From positions 21,322-85,321 of the forward strand of contig JBBRSB010000021.1 in NCBI GenBank assembly GCA_038245785.1: 64,000 bases of DNA. Reading direction: 5' to 3'. The notes beneath the pieces are model-generated. The model did not search any database. It was not told the DNA's origin and saw only the letters and a program-made list of their open reading frames with translations. Positions 20,031 through 30,959 of this stretch are shown piece by piece. This stretch comes from Gloeobacterales cyanobacterium. GTDB taxonomy: Bacteria; Cyanobacteriota; Cyanobacteriia; Gloeobacterales; PMM-0068. Numbering within the stretch: the stretch's first letter is position 1; each line of letters begins with the position of its first letter. The translations under genes and the position numbers were made by a program.

Positions 20031-21695
20031 ATGAGCACCATCGAAACTCGTGAGCTTCAGATGTTTCCAATCTTCGACTTTGTTCAGGTCGAAACGGCGA
20101 AGCGCTTCGCTAGCGGCGAGGCTCGCCGTTTTGTGCCTGATGAGATTGTCTTTAGCGTCGGCGAACACAGCGCACCAGCTTGGCTCGTCCTGGCTGGAGA
20201 AATTAACGTTTTCCGCCCCGCCGGACTCGTTAACGAGGCTGCAATCACCACCCATGGAGTTGGCCAACTGACTGGCGAGGTCAGCCAGTTGGCTGGGAGG
20301 CCATCGCTGGCTGGGGGGCGTGCAGGTCCCAACGGTTGCATGGCACTCCCCTTCGATGCTGCCCATCTGCGTGCTTTGGTAGTCGGTTCAGCTGATGTTG
20401 GCGAAGTGGTGATGCGTGCATACATCCTTCGCCGCGTCGGCCTTATTGAAGAGGGTGGGGCGGGATCGGTGCTCGTTGGTATACCTGCCTCCCCAGACCT
20501 TGTTCGGATTCAGGGCTTCCTTACACGCAATTGCTATCCGCATCTCGTGCTGGATGCCTCCTCAAATCAAGAAGGGCAGGTCTGCCCAAATGGAACTGTA
20601 TTGAAATGTCCATCAGAGGTAGAGGTAGGGGCATGCCTTGGCATCACGCCAGATCTCGATCCGAATATCGTGTACGATGTCGCCATCGTTGGAGCAGGCC
20701 CTGCTGGTCTTGCAGCAGCCGTTTACGCTGCATCCGAGGGCTTATCCGTGATCGTGCTTGACGAATGTGCTGTCGGCGGACAGGCTGGTGCTTCTAACCG
20801 AATTGAGAATTATCTTGGCTTCCCAACAGGTATCTCTGGGCAAGCTCTAGCTGGGCGAGCTTTCAGCCAAGCACTTAAATTCGGGGCCGAGATCGCCATC
20901 CCTGTGGAGGTACTAAGGCTTGATTGCCACGCATCTGGCCGATACCTTGGTGCTCCGTTAAAGCTCGACTTATCCGGTGAGCGCTCTGTTCGCTCCCGCA
21001 CTGTAATTGTGGCGTCGGGCGCTCGCTATCGCCGTCCAGATGTGCCCAACTTAGCAACCTTCGAAGGGGCTGGCATCTCCTACTGGGTCACTCCAGTCGA
21101 GGCGAAACTGTGCGAGGGAGAAGAGATCGCGCTAGTTGGTGCTGGCAATTCGGCTGGACAGGCAGTGGTCTTCCTCGCACCCAAAGTGAAGCGCCTTCAT
21201 ATGGTTGTTCGAGGTAATGGACTGGAGGCATCGATGTCGCGCTACCTCATTGACCGGATCGTGGCGCTCCCCAATGTCGAATTGCATGTCGGCTCGGAAG
21301 TAATCGCACTCGAAGGCGATCGAGCCACTGGCTTATCCGCAGCTGTTTTCCGGGATCGTGCAAGCAGTGTAACTCGTCATTGCCCACTTCGCCATCTCTT
21401 TTTGTTCATCGGTGCTGATCCAAACGCTGCATGGCTCCAAGGCTGCGCCACAACCGACGATAAGGGGTTTCTTGTGACGGGGCAGGACTTCCAAGGGGAT
21501 GCCAAGGTATGCGGGCGTCCGGTTCTTCCACTCGAAACCAGCTTACCTGGTGTCTTCGCTATTGGTGATGTTCGCGCAGACTCTACCAAACGCGTCGCTG
21601 CAGCCGTCGGTGAAGGTGCTGCTGTCGTGGCCCAGATTTACGCTTCCCTAGCCAGCTATACAGTGCTGACAAAAACGAGTGACCCTATCCAATAA
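20031..21695 (+). CDS. cNMP-binding domain plus TrxB-like FAD oxidoreductase (16-aa internal deletion)
   Basis: GEVSQLAGRPS, VGAGPAG, IENYLGFP, GAGNSAGQA, FAIGDVR; paralog of 23560-25251. Confidence 0.85.
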   Translation: MSTIETRELQMFPIFDFVQVETAKRFASGEARRFVPDEIVFSVGEHSAPAWLVLAGEINVFRPAGLVNEAAITTHGVGQLTGEVSQLAGRPSLAGGRAGPNGCMALPFDAAHLRALVVGSADVGEVVMRAYILRRVGLIEEGGAGSVLVGIPASPDLVRIQGFLTRNCYPHLVLDASSNQEGQVCPNGTVLKCPSEVEVGACLGITPDLDPNIVYDVAIVGAGPAGLAAAVYAASEGLSVIVLDECAVGGQAGASNRIENYLGFPTGISGQALAGRAFSQALKFGAEIAIPVEVLRLDCHASGRYLGAPLKLDLSGERSVRSRTVIVASGARYRRPDVPNLATFEGAGISYWVTPVEAKLCEGEEIALVGAGNSAGQAVVFLAPKVKRLHMVVRGNGLEASMSRYLIDRIVALPNVELHVGSEVIALEGDRATGLSAAVFRDRASSVTRHCPLRHLFLFIGADPNAAWLQGCATTDDKGFLVTGQDFQGDAKVCGRPVLPLETSLPGVFAIGDVRADSTKRVAAAVGEGAAVVAQIYASLASYTVLTKTSDPIQ

Positions 21696-21815
21696 TGCCA
21701 ATCCCTTATATCTATGCACAGACTGTTCACTCACAGGAAGACCTTAGTTAAAAAAGCGTATCTACTCTCCTATCGGTCTAGCAATCGCTTCCGATATCTG
21801 CTTTTGGGACGATAT

Positions 21816-23558
21816 CTAGAGTTGAATGGACGAACCAAGATATACTAATCTAAATCGCATCGCCAACACCTCAGCCTCGGTAAGTGCGCGTTCTTGCTCG
21901 TGATACATCCATTTGCTGATTTGGTCGGCATCGACCTCTAATAGTTCAAGTACGAATGCTGCGACATCCAGCCCTCTTGGAAGGCTCCGGTCGATAACGG
22001 CAAAGACATCGAGTGCTCGGAACTGTTGGGCTTCCTCCTCCTCGCGAACGACTGCTACCTTCTTGAGATCTGGAAAGAGGGAGTTCACACTTGTTGAGAG
22101 TTCGCGATAAACTTCCAGGGTCGGCGCAGTCAGCACGCTAACCCGACGACTACCCAACGCAACTGTCTCCCAGATTCTGGGATCGGCCAGATTTCCAAAT
22201 ACGGCAATGTAGCCGTCAGCAACGGCCTCACGAAGGCGCTGGTCGTCTCGCTCGATCGCGGTGTAGCCGATGCCAAATTCATTCAGGGCATCAGCCAGGG
22301 TGCGACCAATCCTACCCATTCCAGCAATAATTACTGGGGCAGAGATTTCGCGCGGCTGAAGCTCTGGGTCTATGCCCTGCGAACTCTGTAGGCGTATCCG
22401 TCCAGCCAGATCTCGCCCAGCCTGGGCAAGGGTCGGTGTGAGCGCCAGGCTGAGCGCTACAGCCGAAATCAAAACAGCGATCACCTGCGGCCCCACCAAT
22501 GCGCGTACAGTGGGCAAGCTAAAAATGACAAAAGCAAATTCTGAACCTTGCGCTAGAAGAAAGCCAAGCTGGACTGACCCTGGTGCCGACCAGCGAAAAG
22601 CCAAGCTCGCAGCAGCATTCGTCAGGATCTTCACTACAACAAGCAATAAAGCGACGCCGATTACACCCGGCCAGAGCCTCAGCAACATTGAAAAATCGAG
22701 GGAGAAGCCGACCGAAATAAAGAAGAAACCAAGAAGCAATCCACGGAAAGGCTTGATCTCGGACTGTATGATGGCGCGATAGGGTGTCTCGGAAATGATC
22801 ATGCCTGCGAGGAACGCACCGAGGGTCAACGATAGGCCAATCGCTCCGGTCGCCCAGGCAGCCGAGAGCGATACAAGCAGTGCCATCGCAGTGAAGACTT
22901 CCTCGTTACGACCACGCCCAACTAGATCGAACAACGGACGAACGACTACGCGGGCAAGCAGCACCGCTATCCCAAATGCTATCGCGGCCTTGGCGAGGGC
23001 GAGACCCACTGTCGGCAGGATCGCATCGTTGGTCCCAAGTGCCCCAGCGACAATTAGCAGAAAGATTGCTGCCACGTCCTGAAAGATAAGAATGGCCGTC
23101 GCAGTGAGTCCAACAGGGCAATTCTGCTGCTGCCGCTCTGCGATCAGACCGACTACGACCGCAGTCGAGGAAAGGGCCAGCGTAGCGCCGACGATAAATG
23201 CTGCTACGGGTGGCAGTCCGAATAGCATCGCAATCAACCCGATGGCAAGTGTTGCGCCTAGAACCTGTACTGGCCCGAAACCGAAGATGTCGCGGGCCTG
23301 ACTGCGGATATGTCCGAGGGAAAAGTGAAGTCCGATATCGAATAGGAGAAAGACGATGCCGAGTTCGGCCAGCACCGAGATCGTCGCACTGCCCGACACG
23401 GCATCGAGCCCGATAGCATGGAGCCCTAGGCCAAGGGCGAGATAACCGACGATCGGGTTGAGCCCGATCGTACGTGACCCGACCGCAGCGACCACACCCA
23501 AGGCCAGGAGGAGGACGACGGGAACGAGCGCTACAAGGATGCCATGCGGGTCGCCCAT
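21816..23558 (-). CDS. CPA2 cation:proton antiporter (KefB/KefC-like) with KTN domain
   Basis: AELGIVFLLFDIGL, ALSSTAVV, LIFQD, GMGRIG. Confidence 0.88.
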   Translation of the reverse strand: MGDPHGILVALVPVVLLLALGVVAAVGSRTIGLNPIVGYLALGLGLHAIGLDAVSGSATISVLAELGIVFLLFDIGLHFSLGHIRSQARDIFGFGPVQVLGATLAIGLIAMLFGLPPVAAFIVGATLALSSTAVVVGLIAERQQQNCPVGLTATAILIFQDVAAIFLLIVAGALGTNDAILPTVGLALAKAAIAFGIAVLLARVVVRPLFDLVGRGRNEEVFTAMALLVSLSAAWATGAIGLSLTLGAFLAGMIISETPYRAIIQSEIKPFRGLLLGFFFISVGFSLDFSMLLRLWPGVIGVALLLVVVKILTNAAASLAFRWSAPGSVQLGFLLAQGSEFAFVIFSLPTVRALVGPQVIAVLISAVALSLALTPTLAQAGRDLAGRIRLQSSQGIDPELQPREISAPVIIAGMGRIGRTLADALNEFGIGYTAIERDDQRLREAVADGYIAVFGNLADPRIWETVALGSRRVSVLTAPTLEVYRELSTSVNSLFPDLKKVAVVREEEEAQQFRALDVFAVIDRSLPRGLDVAAFVLELLEVDADQISKWMYHEQERALTEAEVLAMRFRLVYLGSSIQL

Positions 23559-23559
23559 C

Positions 23560-25251
23560 TCAGACGATGCCCGAACGGCTGGCAAGTGCGGTGTGGATCT
23601 GGGACACGACGGCCGCACCTTCGCCGACGGCCGCAGCGACCCGTTTGGTAGAGCCTGCGCGAACATCACCAATGGCGAAGACGCCGGGCATGCTGGTTTC
23701 GAGCGGAAGGACCGGGCGTCCGCATGCCCTGGCATCACCCTGGAAGTCCTGCCCCGTCAGAAGGAAACCCTTGTGGTCGGTCGTGGCGCAGCCCTGGAGC
23801 CAGGCGGCGTTTGGATCAGCCCCGATGAACAGGAAGAGGTGGCGAAGCGGGTAATGTTGGGTTACACCGCTTGATCGATCTCGGAACAGAGCTGCAGACA
23901 GGCCGGTCACACGATTGCCTTCGAGCGCGACCACTTCCGAGTCAATATGCAGTTCGACGTTGGGGAGCGCCGCGATCCGGTCAATGAGGTAACGTGACAT
24001 CGCCGCCTCCAGTCCCTTACTGCGGACAATCAGGTGAAGGCGCTTCACTTTGGGCGCGAGGAAGACCACCGCCTGTCCAGCTGAATTGCCGGCACCGACC
24101 AGCGCGATCTCCTCTCCCTCGCACAACTTCGCCTCGATTAGGGTTGCCCAGTAAGAGACGCCAGCGCCCTCAAAGATGGCTAGGTCGGGCACGTCCGGAC
24201 GGCGATAGCGAGCACCTGAGGCGACGATCACCGCGCGGGCGCGGACGGAGCGGTCACCGGATAGGTCGAGCTTAAATGGAGCGTCGGGGCGTCTGTCGGA
24301 CGCCTGGCAATCGAGCCGCAGGACCTCCACAGGGATGACGATCTCGGCCCCAAATTTTAGCGCCTGGTTGAAAGCCCGCCCGGCCAGGCCCTGGCCGGAG
24401 ATGCCTGTCGGGAAGCCGAGATAATTCTCAATTCGGGCAGAGGCACCGGCCTGTCCACCGACGGCGCGTTCGTCGAGCACAATCACGGATAAGCCTTCGG
24501 ACGCGGCGTAAACGGCTGCTGCAAGACCAGCAGGGCCCGCTCCGACGATAGCGACGTCGTACACGACATTTGGATCGAGATCAGGCGTGATGCCAAGGCA
24601 GACCGCTACCTCCACGTCCGTCGGACGTTTCAACACGGTTCCGCTCGGGCAGACCATCAAGGGCAGGTCTGCGGGCAGGACGCCGAGCCGTTCGACCAGC
24701 GCATGGCCTTCCTCATCGGAGGCGGCGTCCAGCACGAGATGCGGATAGCAATTGCGGGTGAGGAAGCCTTGGATCCGGACGAGGTCCGGAGATGCGGGAA
24801 TGCCGACGAGCACCGATCCCGCACCGCCCTCCTCGATGAGGCCGACGCGGCGGAGGATGAATGCGCACATCACCACTTCGCCGACATCGGCCGAACCGAC
24901 CACCAGTGCACGGAGATGGGCAGCGTCGAAGGGTAACGCCATGCAACCGTTGGGACCGGCACGCCCCCATGCCAACGACGGCCTCCCGGCCAGCTGACTG
25001 ACCTCGCCGGTCAGCTGGCCAGCGCGATGGGTGGTGATCAGAGCCTCGTTAACGAGCCCAGCGCGACGGAAAACGTCGATTTCTCCGTCCAGGACGAGCC
25101 AGGCTGGCGCGCCGCGTTCGCCGACGCCGAAGACGACCTCGCCGGGCGCGAAACGGCGAGCCTCACCGCTGGCGAAGCGCTTTGCGGTATCGACCTGAGC
25201 GAAGTCGAGGACTGGAAACATTTGATGCTCGCGGGTTTCGATGGTGCTCAT
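23560..25251 (-). CDS. cNMP-binding domain plus TrxB-like FAD oxidoreductase
   Basis: Same motifs as 20031-21695; full length; GC-rich. Confidence 0.88.
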   Translation of the reverse strand: MSTIETREHQMFPVLDFAQVDTAKRFASGEARRFAPGEVVFGVGERGAPAWLVLDGEIDVFRRAGLVNEALITTHRAGQLTGEVSQLAGRPSLAWGRAGPNGCMALPFDAAHLRALVVGSADVGEVVMCAFILRRVGLIEEGGAGSVLVGIPASPDLVRIQGFLTRNCYPHLVLDAASDEEGHALVERLGVLPADLPLMVCPSGTVLKRPTDVEVAVCLGITPDLDPNVVYDVAIVGAGPAGLAAAVYAASEGLSVIVLDERAVGGQAGASARIENYLGFPTGISGQGLAGRAFNQALKFGAEIVIPVEVLRLDCQASDRRPDAPFKLDLSGDRSVRARAVIVASGARYRRPDVPDLAIFEGAGVSYWATLIEAKLCEGEEIALVGAGNSAGQAVVFLAPKVKRLHLIVRSKGLEAAMSRYLIDRIAALPNVELHIDSEVVALEGNRVTGLSAALFRDRSSGVTQHYPLRHLFLFIGADPNAAWLQGCATTDHKGFLLTGQDFQGDARACGRPVLPLETSMPGVFAIGDVRAGSTKRVAAAVGEGAAVVSQIHTALASRSGIV

Positions 25252-25296
25252 TGGCTTGTCCCGAAGAGGCTGTACTTCAATAACGGTCAAGTGAAG

Positions 25297-25500
25297 CTAG
25301 ACATATTGGGTGTCGGCGAACCCGCCAGCGATATCCACATAATAGTCGTAGCGGCGGAGAAGGAAATCGTCTCCGAAGTAGAAATCCTGTTCGGTGCTAT
25401 GGCTAGCGATGGTCGCAGCCCGCGCCAGGTCTCCGCGCCCTCCTGTCCTGGCGCGATTTCCCCAACGCCGACCCCCGGCATCGTCAGGAAGAAGTGAGCG
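25297..25500 (-). pseudogene. Frameshifted fragment of a conserved hypothetical protein
   Basis: GC-rich coding-like stretch (ETWRGLR / IASHSTEQDFYFGDDFLLRRYDY) split over two frames. Confidence 0.4.
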
Positions 25501-25788
25501 AACAGAAAATGCAACGATGTTTTCGCAAGCGTTTGAATTGTCTGTGAGTTGTATAGGTTCTACTAAAACGTCCAAAAGGTATAGGTTATCTTGAACAACT
25601 TTGGCAACCATTCAATCAAAGACAGAAGCGACATGGGGCTTGCTAAACGTGCGGTTCTGCACTTGCAGTTCAAATCTATGGTTTTAGGAGATGGTTATGA
25701 ATATTGTCGTCTATGGAGCTACTAGAAATTCTGGCAGCGAGATTGTGAAGGAGTTGCTCTCGCGTGGTTGCAAGGTCGTTGGCGCGTT

Positions 25789-25839
25789 TTAACTCAAAGA
25801 ACTTGAGTGTTCTAAATCGAGCGCACGCTGAAGAATGAA
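25789..25839 (+). promoter_or_regulatory. Conserved 51-bp upstream element, copy 1
   Basis: TTAACTCAAAGAACTTGAGTGTTCTAAA-N11-CTGAAGAATGAA ahead of the VOC gene. Confidence 0.75.
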
Positions 25840-25886
25840 GTGTAACCAACATAGGCATTAAGCTCACCAACCTAACGGAGAACAAG

Positions 25887-26354
25887 ATGAGCAGCATTAA
25901 CGTGGACAGTAAAAATATGAAACTCGAGGTTTTGGTGGTGCCCGTCTCCGACGTCGATCGAGCCAAGCGCTTCTATGAGACGTTGGGGTTTCGGCTGGAT
26001 GCCGACTTCGTCACCGATGAAGACTTCCGGGTGGTGCAGCTGACACCTCCCGGCTCGGAGTGCTCGATCATCATCGGCACTGGAGTCACGTCAGCCGTGC
26101 CGGGCTCAGTTCAGGGTCTGCACCTCGTCGTTTTCGACATTGAGACAGCCCGCGCCGAACTCGTTGACTGCGGCGTCGAGGTGAGTGAGGTGTTCCACGA
26201 CGTGGGAGGGATCTTCCACCACGACGGAACCGAGGGACGGGTAACTGGACCTGATCCGAAACGTCGCGACTATGGCTCGTTTGCCTCGTTCAGTGACCCG
26301 GACGGCAACGGTTGGCTGCTCCAAGAGGTGAAGACGCGGGCTCCCGGACGGTGA
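25887..26354 (+). CDS. VOC/glyoxalase family protein
   Basis: VPVSDVDRAKRFY, FSDPDGNGWLLQE. Confidence 0.88.
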   Translation: MSSINVDSKNMKLEVLVVPVSDVDRAKRFYETLGFRLDADFVTDEDFRVVQLTPPGSECSIIIGTGVTSAVPGSVQGLHLVVFDIETARAELVDCGVEVSEVFHDVGGIFHHDGTEGRVTGPDPKRRDYGSFASFSDPDGNGWLLQEVKTRAPGR

Positions 26355-26425
26355 TGGGACATCAGCTACTCAAGGGCATTGATTCACTGCGAAACGTTTG
26401 TACATGTTCACAAAGGAGCAATATC

Positions 26426-27241
26426 ATGAGCAATCTAACCAATAAGACCGCAAAGACCGCACTCGTTACTGGAGCATCCAGTGGAATCGGTGCCGTCTAT
26501 GCCGATCGTTTCGCAAAGCGTGGTTTCGATCTCGTTCTGGTGGCGCGTGACTGCACCCGAATGGAGGCTCTGTCCGAACGACTGCACCGGGAAACTGGGG
26601 TGGCGATCGACGTCCTTCAGGCGGATCTCACCAACGTGGATGATCTCGCCCAGGTAGAGGAGCGGCTACGCACCGACACGCGCATCAGTATCCTGGTCAA
26701 CAACGCTGGTGCCAGCGTTGCCAGCAGTTTCGTCGAGCAAAGCCCGGACGAGGTGGCTAAAATCATCAGCCTTAACACCATAGCGCTAGCGCGGCTTGCT
26801 AGCGCCGTCGCCCCACGGTTCGTCAAGGCGGGCGAGGGCGCGATTATCAACATCAGTTCGGTGGTTGGGTTAGCACCGGAATTCGGTCTGACCGTCTATG
26901 GCGCAACCAAAGCCTTTGTTCTCTTCCTCACCCAGGGTCTCCACCTCGAACTTGAACCTAAAGGTGTCTATGTTCAGGCTGTGCTACCGGCATCAACACG
27001 GACGGAAGTCTGGGAGCGCTCAGGTTGGGATATGAATGCGCTACCGCCTCTTATGGAAGTTGATGAACTGGTGGATGCCGCCCTTGTTGGCTTCGATCGC
27101 CGTGAAACTGTCACCATCCCGTCCCTTCCCAATGCAGACCAGTGGGACACCTTCGAGGCTGCTCGGCAGAGCATGATCCCAAATTTCAACCAGGTGCATG
27201 CCGCAGACCGTTATCGCCTCGTGACACCTAATCGGGGCTAG
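26426..27241 (+). CDS. SDR family oxidoreductase
   Basis: TGASSGIG, NNAG, YGATK. Confidence 0.9.
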   Translation: MSNLTNKTAKTALVTGASSGIGAVYADRFAKRGFDLVLVARDCTRMEALSERLHRETGVAIDVLQADLTNVDDLAQVEERLRTDTRISILVNNAGASVASSFVEQSPDEVAKIISLNTIALARLASAVAPRFVKAGEGAIINISSVVGLAPEFGLTVYGATKAFVLFLTQGLHLELEPKGVYVQAVLPASTRTEVWERSGWDMNALPPLMEVDELVDAALVGFDRRETVTIPSLPNADQWDTFEAARQSMIPNFNQVHAADRYRLVTPNRG

Positions 27242-27474
27242 CCTCGCGTTTGAGATCGCCCACAATCAATCTCATTGAAAGTATGCAGCAAACAGACTTG
27301 TTTGACGACACGAATTTGTCCCCCTGCCATTTGATTTGGCGCTGTACGCAAAAGCAATTCGCTCGTCGTTTTGATCGCGGCTGACGTGACCTAGAGACAG
27401 TGACATTTACGAGGGTGCGATCGCTTATCTGGCAAGCAATTCAACAAACCATCACAGAGAACAATATCACAGCC

Positions 27475-28851
27475 ATGTTTTTAACAAAGAAAAAAATTCA
27501 AGGCTTTTTGCTCATTCTGGCACTCACCATTAGTGCGGTAGTCGGTTTATCCATGCGCTATGCCGAAGTAGTCGCAGCACAGCCATTCGCTCAAAAGACT
27601 GTGGCAACGGGGTATCGGGCACCACCCGCTGCCGTGGCGCAGCAACCCACACAGACTGGTGCACAGGACAAGAGCGCAACTGGAGACAAGGCAATCCGCC
27701 CCTTCCGCATCAATGTGCCAGAAGCGGCACTCGTCGATCTCCGCCGCCGCGTCGTGGCGACACGGTGGCCCGACCGGGAGACGGTTACGGATCAGTCGCA
27801 GGGCGTGCAGTTGGTGAAGCTCCAGGAACTCGTACGCTACTGGGGAACGAACTACGACTGGCGGAAGGCAGAGGCGAAGCTGAATGCCTTGCCGCAGTTT
27901 GTGACTCAGATCGATGGGGTTGACATTCAGTTCGTACACGTCCGCTCTCGCCATCCGAATGCCATGCCGCTGATCATCACACATGGCTGGCCCGGCTCCA
28001 TCTTCGAACTCCTGAAGGTCATTGGTCCGCTCACCAATCCCACAGCCTATGGAGGACGCGCGGAGGACGCCTTCGATCTCGTTCTGCCCTCAATGCCCGG
28101 TTATGGTTTCTCGGGCAAGCCGCAGGGCACTGGGTGGAACCCCGACCACATCGGTCGCGCTTGGCACGAGCTGATGGGGCGTCTGGGATACAAACGCTAT
28201 GTGGCTCAAGGCGGCGATTGGGGTTCGGTAGTCGCGGACGTGATGGCGCATCAGGCACCGGCGGGGCTGCAGGGCATCCACGTCAATATGCCTGCGACCG
28301 TGCCAGCGGATGTCGCGAAGGCCCTTAACAACGGCGATCCAGCACCGACCGGTTTGTCCGATAAGGAGAAGGCTGCGTTCGACTCACTGAACACCTTCTA
28401 CAAGAAGAACACTGGCTACGCCGCCATGATGGTAACCCGCCCGCAAACCGTGGGCTACGGATTATCAGATTCGCCAGCCGGACTGGCTGCCTGGATGTAT
28501 GACAAGTTTGCCCAATGGACGTATAGCGGTGGCGAGCCTGAGCGGTCACTTACTAAAGATGAGATGCTTGACGACATCACGCTCTATTGGCTCACGAACA
28601 GCGCGATTTCTTCCGCGAGACTCTACTGGGAGAATAATGCCAACAACTTCAACGCCGTGGACATCTCCATTCCTGCTGCCGTGACGGTCTTTCCTGGCGA
28701 GATCTACCGAGCGCCACGCAGCTGGGCCGAGCGTAGTTACCACAAGCTCATTTATTTCCACGAGGTTGATAAGGGCGGTCACTTCGCAGCGTGGGAACAA
28801 CCGGAACTCTTCGCTACCGAGATCCAAGCGGCGTTCAGATCACTGCGCTAG
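27475..28851 (+). CDS. Epoxide hydrolase (EHN plus alpha/beta hydrolase) with N-terminal signal/anchor
   Basis: IRPFRI, HGWPGS, PGYGFS, QGGDWG, GGHFAAWE. Confidence 0.9.
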   Translation: MFLTKKKIQGFLLILALTISAVVGLSMRYAEVVAAQPFAQKTVATGYRAPPAAVAQQPTQTGAQDKSATGDKAIRPFRINVPEAALVDLRRRVVATRWPDRETVTDQSQGVQLVKLQELVRYWGTNYDWRKAEAKLNALPQFVTQIDGVDIQFVHVRSRHPNAMPLIITHGWPGSIFELLKVIGPLTNPTAYGGRAEDAFDLVLPSMPGYGFSGKPQGTGWNPDHIGRAWHELMGRLGYKRYVAQGGDWGSVVADVMAHQAPAGLQGIHVNMPATVPADVAKALNNGDPAPTGLSDKEKAAFDSLNTFYKKNTGYAAMMVTRPQTVGYGLSDSPAGLAAWMYDKFAQWTYSGGEPERSLTKDEMLDDITLYWLTNSAISSARLYWENNANNFNAVDISIPAAVTVFPGEIYRAPRSWAERSYHKLIYFHEVDKGGHFAAWEQPELFATEIQAAFRSLR

Positions 28852-28863
28852 TGGGAGAGGGGA

Positions 28864-28892
28864 AGACGGCTCGCACAACATGCGAGCCGTCT
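28864..28892. terminator. Perfect 12-bp intergenic hairpin (terminator or RNA stabiliser)
   Basis: AGACGGCTCGCA-CAACA-TGCGAGCCGTCT; no U-tract. Confidence 0.5.
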
Positions 28893-28943
28893 GACCAAAC
28901 CACACGCGACAACATCGATCTGGATTCAATTGGAGAGAGACAA

Positions 28944-29996
28944 ATGTCCACAGAAATCAACCATCATCGCCGCCGCTTTTTGGGCACTGCGGCTATGACC
29001 ATTGCTGCCATCCAACTCGGCATGTTCGGTCCCACGAACGCGTAATCTAGCAAGACAAAATTGGCAGATCTGCCCAAAATTAAGCCGGGGACGAACACAT
29101 CATTCGGCTCACTGAAGCAGATCGATGCTGGCGTCCTGAATGTCGGATACGCTGAAGCTGGTCCCGCAAATGGTCGTCCGGTAATTCTTCTACACGGTTG
29201 GCCCTACGACATTCACAGCTATGTCGATGTTGTCCCTCTGTTAGCATCGGCGGGCTACCGAGTGATCGTGCCGTATCTGCGCGGCTATGGCATGACGAGT
29301 TTTCTTTCAAGTGAAACGTTCCGAAATGGCCAGCCATCGGCAATTGCTCTCGATATAATCGCTCTGATGGACGCTCTCAAGATTCAGAAGGCAATCCTCG
29401 CTGGTTTTGATTGGGGAGCGCGGACAGCCGACATCATCGCGGCACTCTGGCCTGAACGCTGTAAGGCGCTCGTCTCGGTGAGCGGTTATCTGATCGGCAG
29501 CCAGGAATCCGGTAAGATGCCGTTACCGCCAAAAGCTGAACTCCAATGGTGGTACCAATATTATTTTGCCACCGAACGCGGTCGAGCAGGCTACGACGAA
29601 TACCGACACGATTTTGCTAAGCTCATTTGGCAGATTGCATCGCCGAAGTGGAACTTTGATAATGCCACGTTTGATCGCAGCGCAGCGGCCTTCAACAACG
29701 CGGATCATGTCAGCATCGTGATCCATAATTACTGCTGGCGGCTCGGACTAGCTGAAGGCGAGCCGAAATATGACGATCTGGAAAAGCGGCTTGCTGAAGC
29801 TCCAGTCATCACAGTGCCTACCATTACCCTTGAAGGCGATGCCAATGGTGCGCCGCATCCAGATCCCAGTTCCTATGCCAGGAAATTTTCGGGCAAATAT
29901 TCGCACCGCACTATTAAAGGCGGCGTCGGGCACAATCTGCCTCAAGAGGCCCCACAGGCCTTTGCCAAAGCTATCGTCGAAGTTGACGGTTATTGA
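28944..29996 (+). pseudogene. Tat-signal alpha/beta hydrolase with in-frame TAA at 29043-29045
   Basis: HRRRFLG signal, stop, then same-frame HGWPY, GFDWGAR, GHNLPQE. Confidence 0.8.
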
Positions 29997-30137
29997 TCCG
30001 GCCTTAGCCTGCGTAAGGATATGACAACAATGGGATGAGTATGAGGGACCGCAAAAAGCACCGGATCTGCATCTAGAGGGGGCACTAGAAATCAAACATC
30101 TCCATTACCTAGCTAATTCTAAGGAGGATGGAATTTC

Positions 30138-30434
30138 GTGCAACCAATTACACATCGAGTTGAATCTCTGCTGATTCAAGCTGAACAAGCACACGGTCAT
30201 TATGAACAAACAGTTTTGAATGGAGTCTATGATCAAGATTGGGCAATCTGGTATGCAAACTATGCGATTGACCAAGGCATGGAAAAAGTACTAAACAGGT
30301 CATTCTTAGGAGAACGATTGAGCCAATTTCTTAGCCAGAGTTATGAGCAGTATAAAGCAGAGAAATCTCAGAAAACTTGGGCTGCCTATACTTCTCAAAA
30401 GTTGGTGGAGGAATGGGTAGAAGATCCGACTTAA
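30138..30434 (+). CDS. Hypothetical protein
   Basis: Strong RBS (AGGAGG), GTG start, 98 aa. Confidence 0.65.
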   Translation: MQPITHRVESLLIQAEQAHGHYEQTVLNGVYDQDWAIWYANYAIDQGMEKVLNRSFLGERLSQFLSQSYEQYKAEKSQKTWAAYTSQKLVEEWVEDPT

Positions 30435-30832
30435 TCTGCTCAATCTTAATCGGTTATGTTGCAAAAACAGGTCGATGGTGCCGAAGGATATCGCACCTGC
30501 CGCCGCCTTCACTCTGCTGGCATCTCTGTCCTTTTCACAGACGAAATTCCAGCAGAGAAGACCGTCAGCGGCAATGCCATGTTTACGAATCCTCAGCTAG
30601 CACCAAGTCCAACTAAGTAGATCGGATGTCACAGGTCTGCGATTAAATGGACTGACCGCCGGAGACTTTAATGCGCTGAGCATTCACCCATTTGTTATCT
30701 TCAGAAAGTAGAGAGGCGATCGCTCCCCCAATGTCATCCGGCAGACCGACCCGACCGAGCGCTGTTAGGAAAGCAATCTGTTGATTCATTTCTGGGTTAT
30801 AGCGGACTGCACCGCCGCTGAAATCGGTTTCG

Positions 30833-30857
30833 TTGGCGAAGCCTCTCCCAAAGGAGA
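30833..30857 (+). repeat. SDR5-like micro-element (25 nt) in TCG^ATCGC
   Basis: TTGGCGAAGCC-TCTCC-CAAA-GGAGA. Confidence 0.85.
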
Positions 30858-30935
30858 ATCGCACCAGGAGCCACCACATTTACCGCAATCCGTCTCGATC
30901 CTAACTCCTTTGCCATGTAGAGGGTTAGAGTCTCG

Positions 30936-30959
30936 ATCGCGAAGCGTCGGCTCTGCCGA
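30936..30959 (+). repeat. SDR5-like micro-element (24 nt)
   Basis: ATCGCGAAGCG-TCGGC-TCT-GCCGA followed by ATCGC. Confidence 0.85.

Noticed and set aside
25798..25839. GAACTT in the 51-bp element as an ECF sigma -35 box
   Set aside because: No conserved ECF-type -10 lies 16-17 nt downstream; that position falls in the variable spacer.
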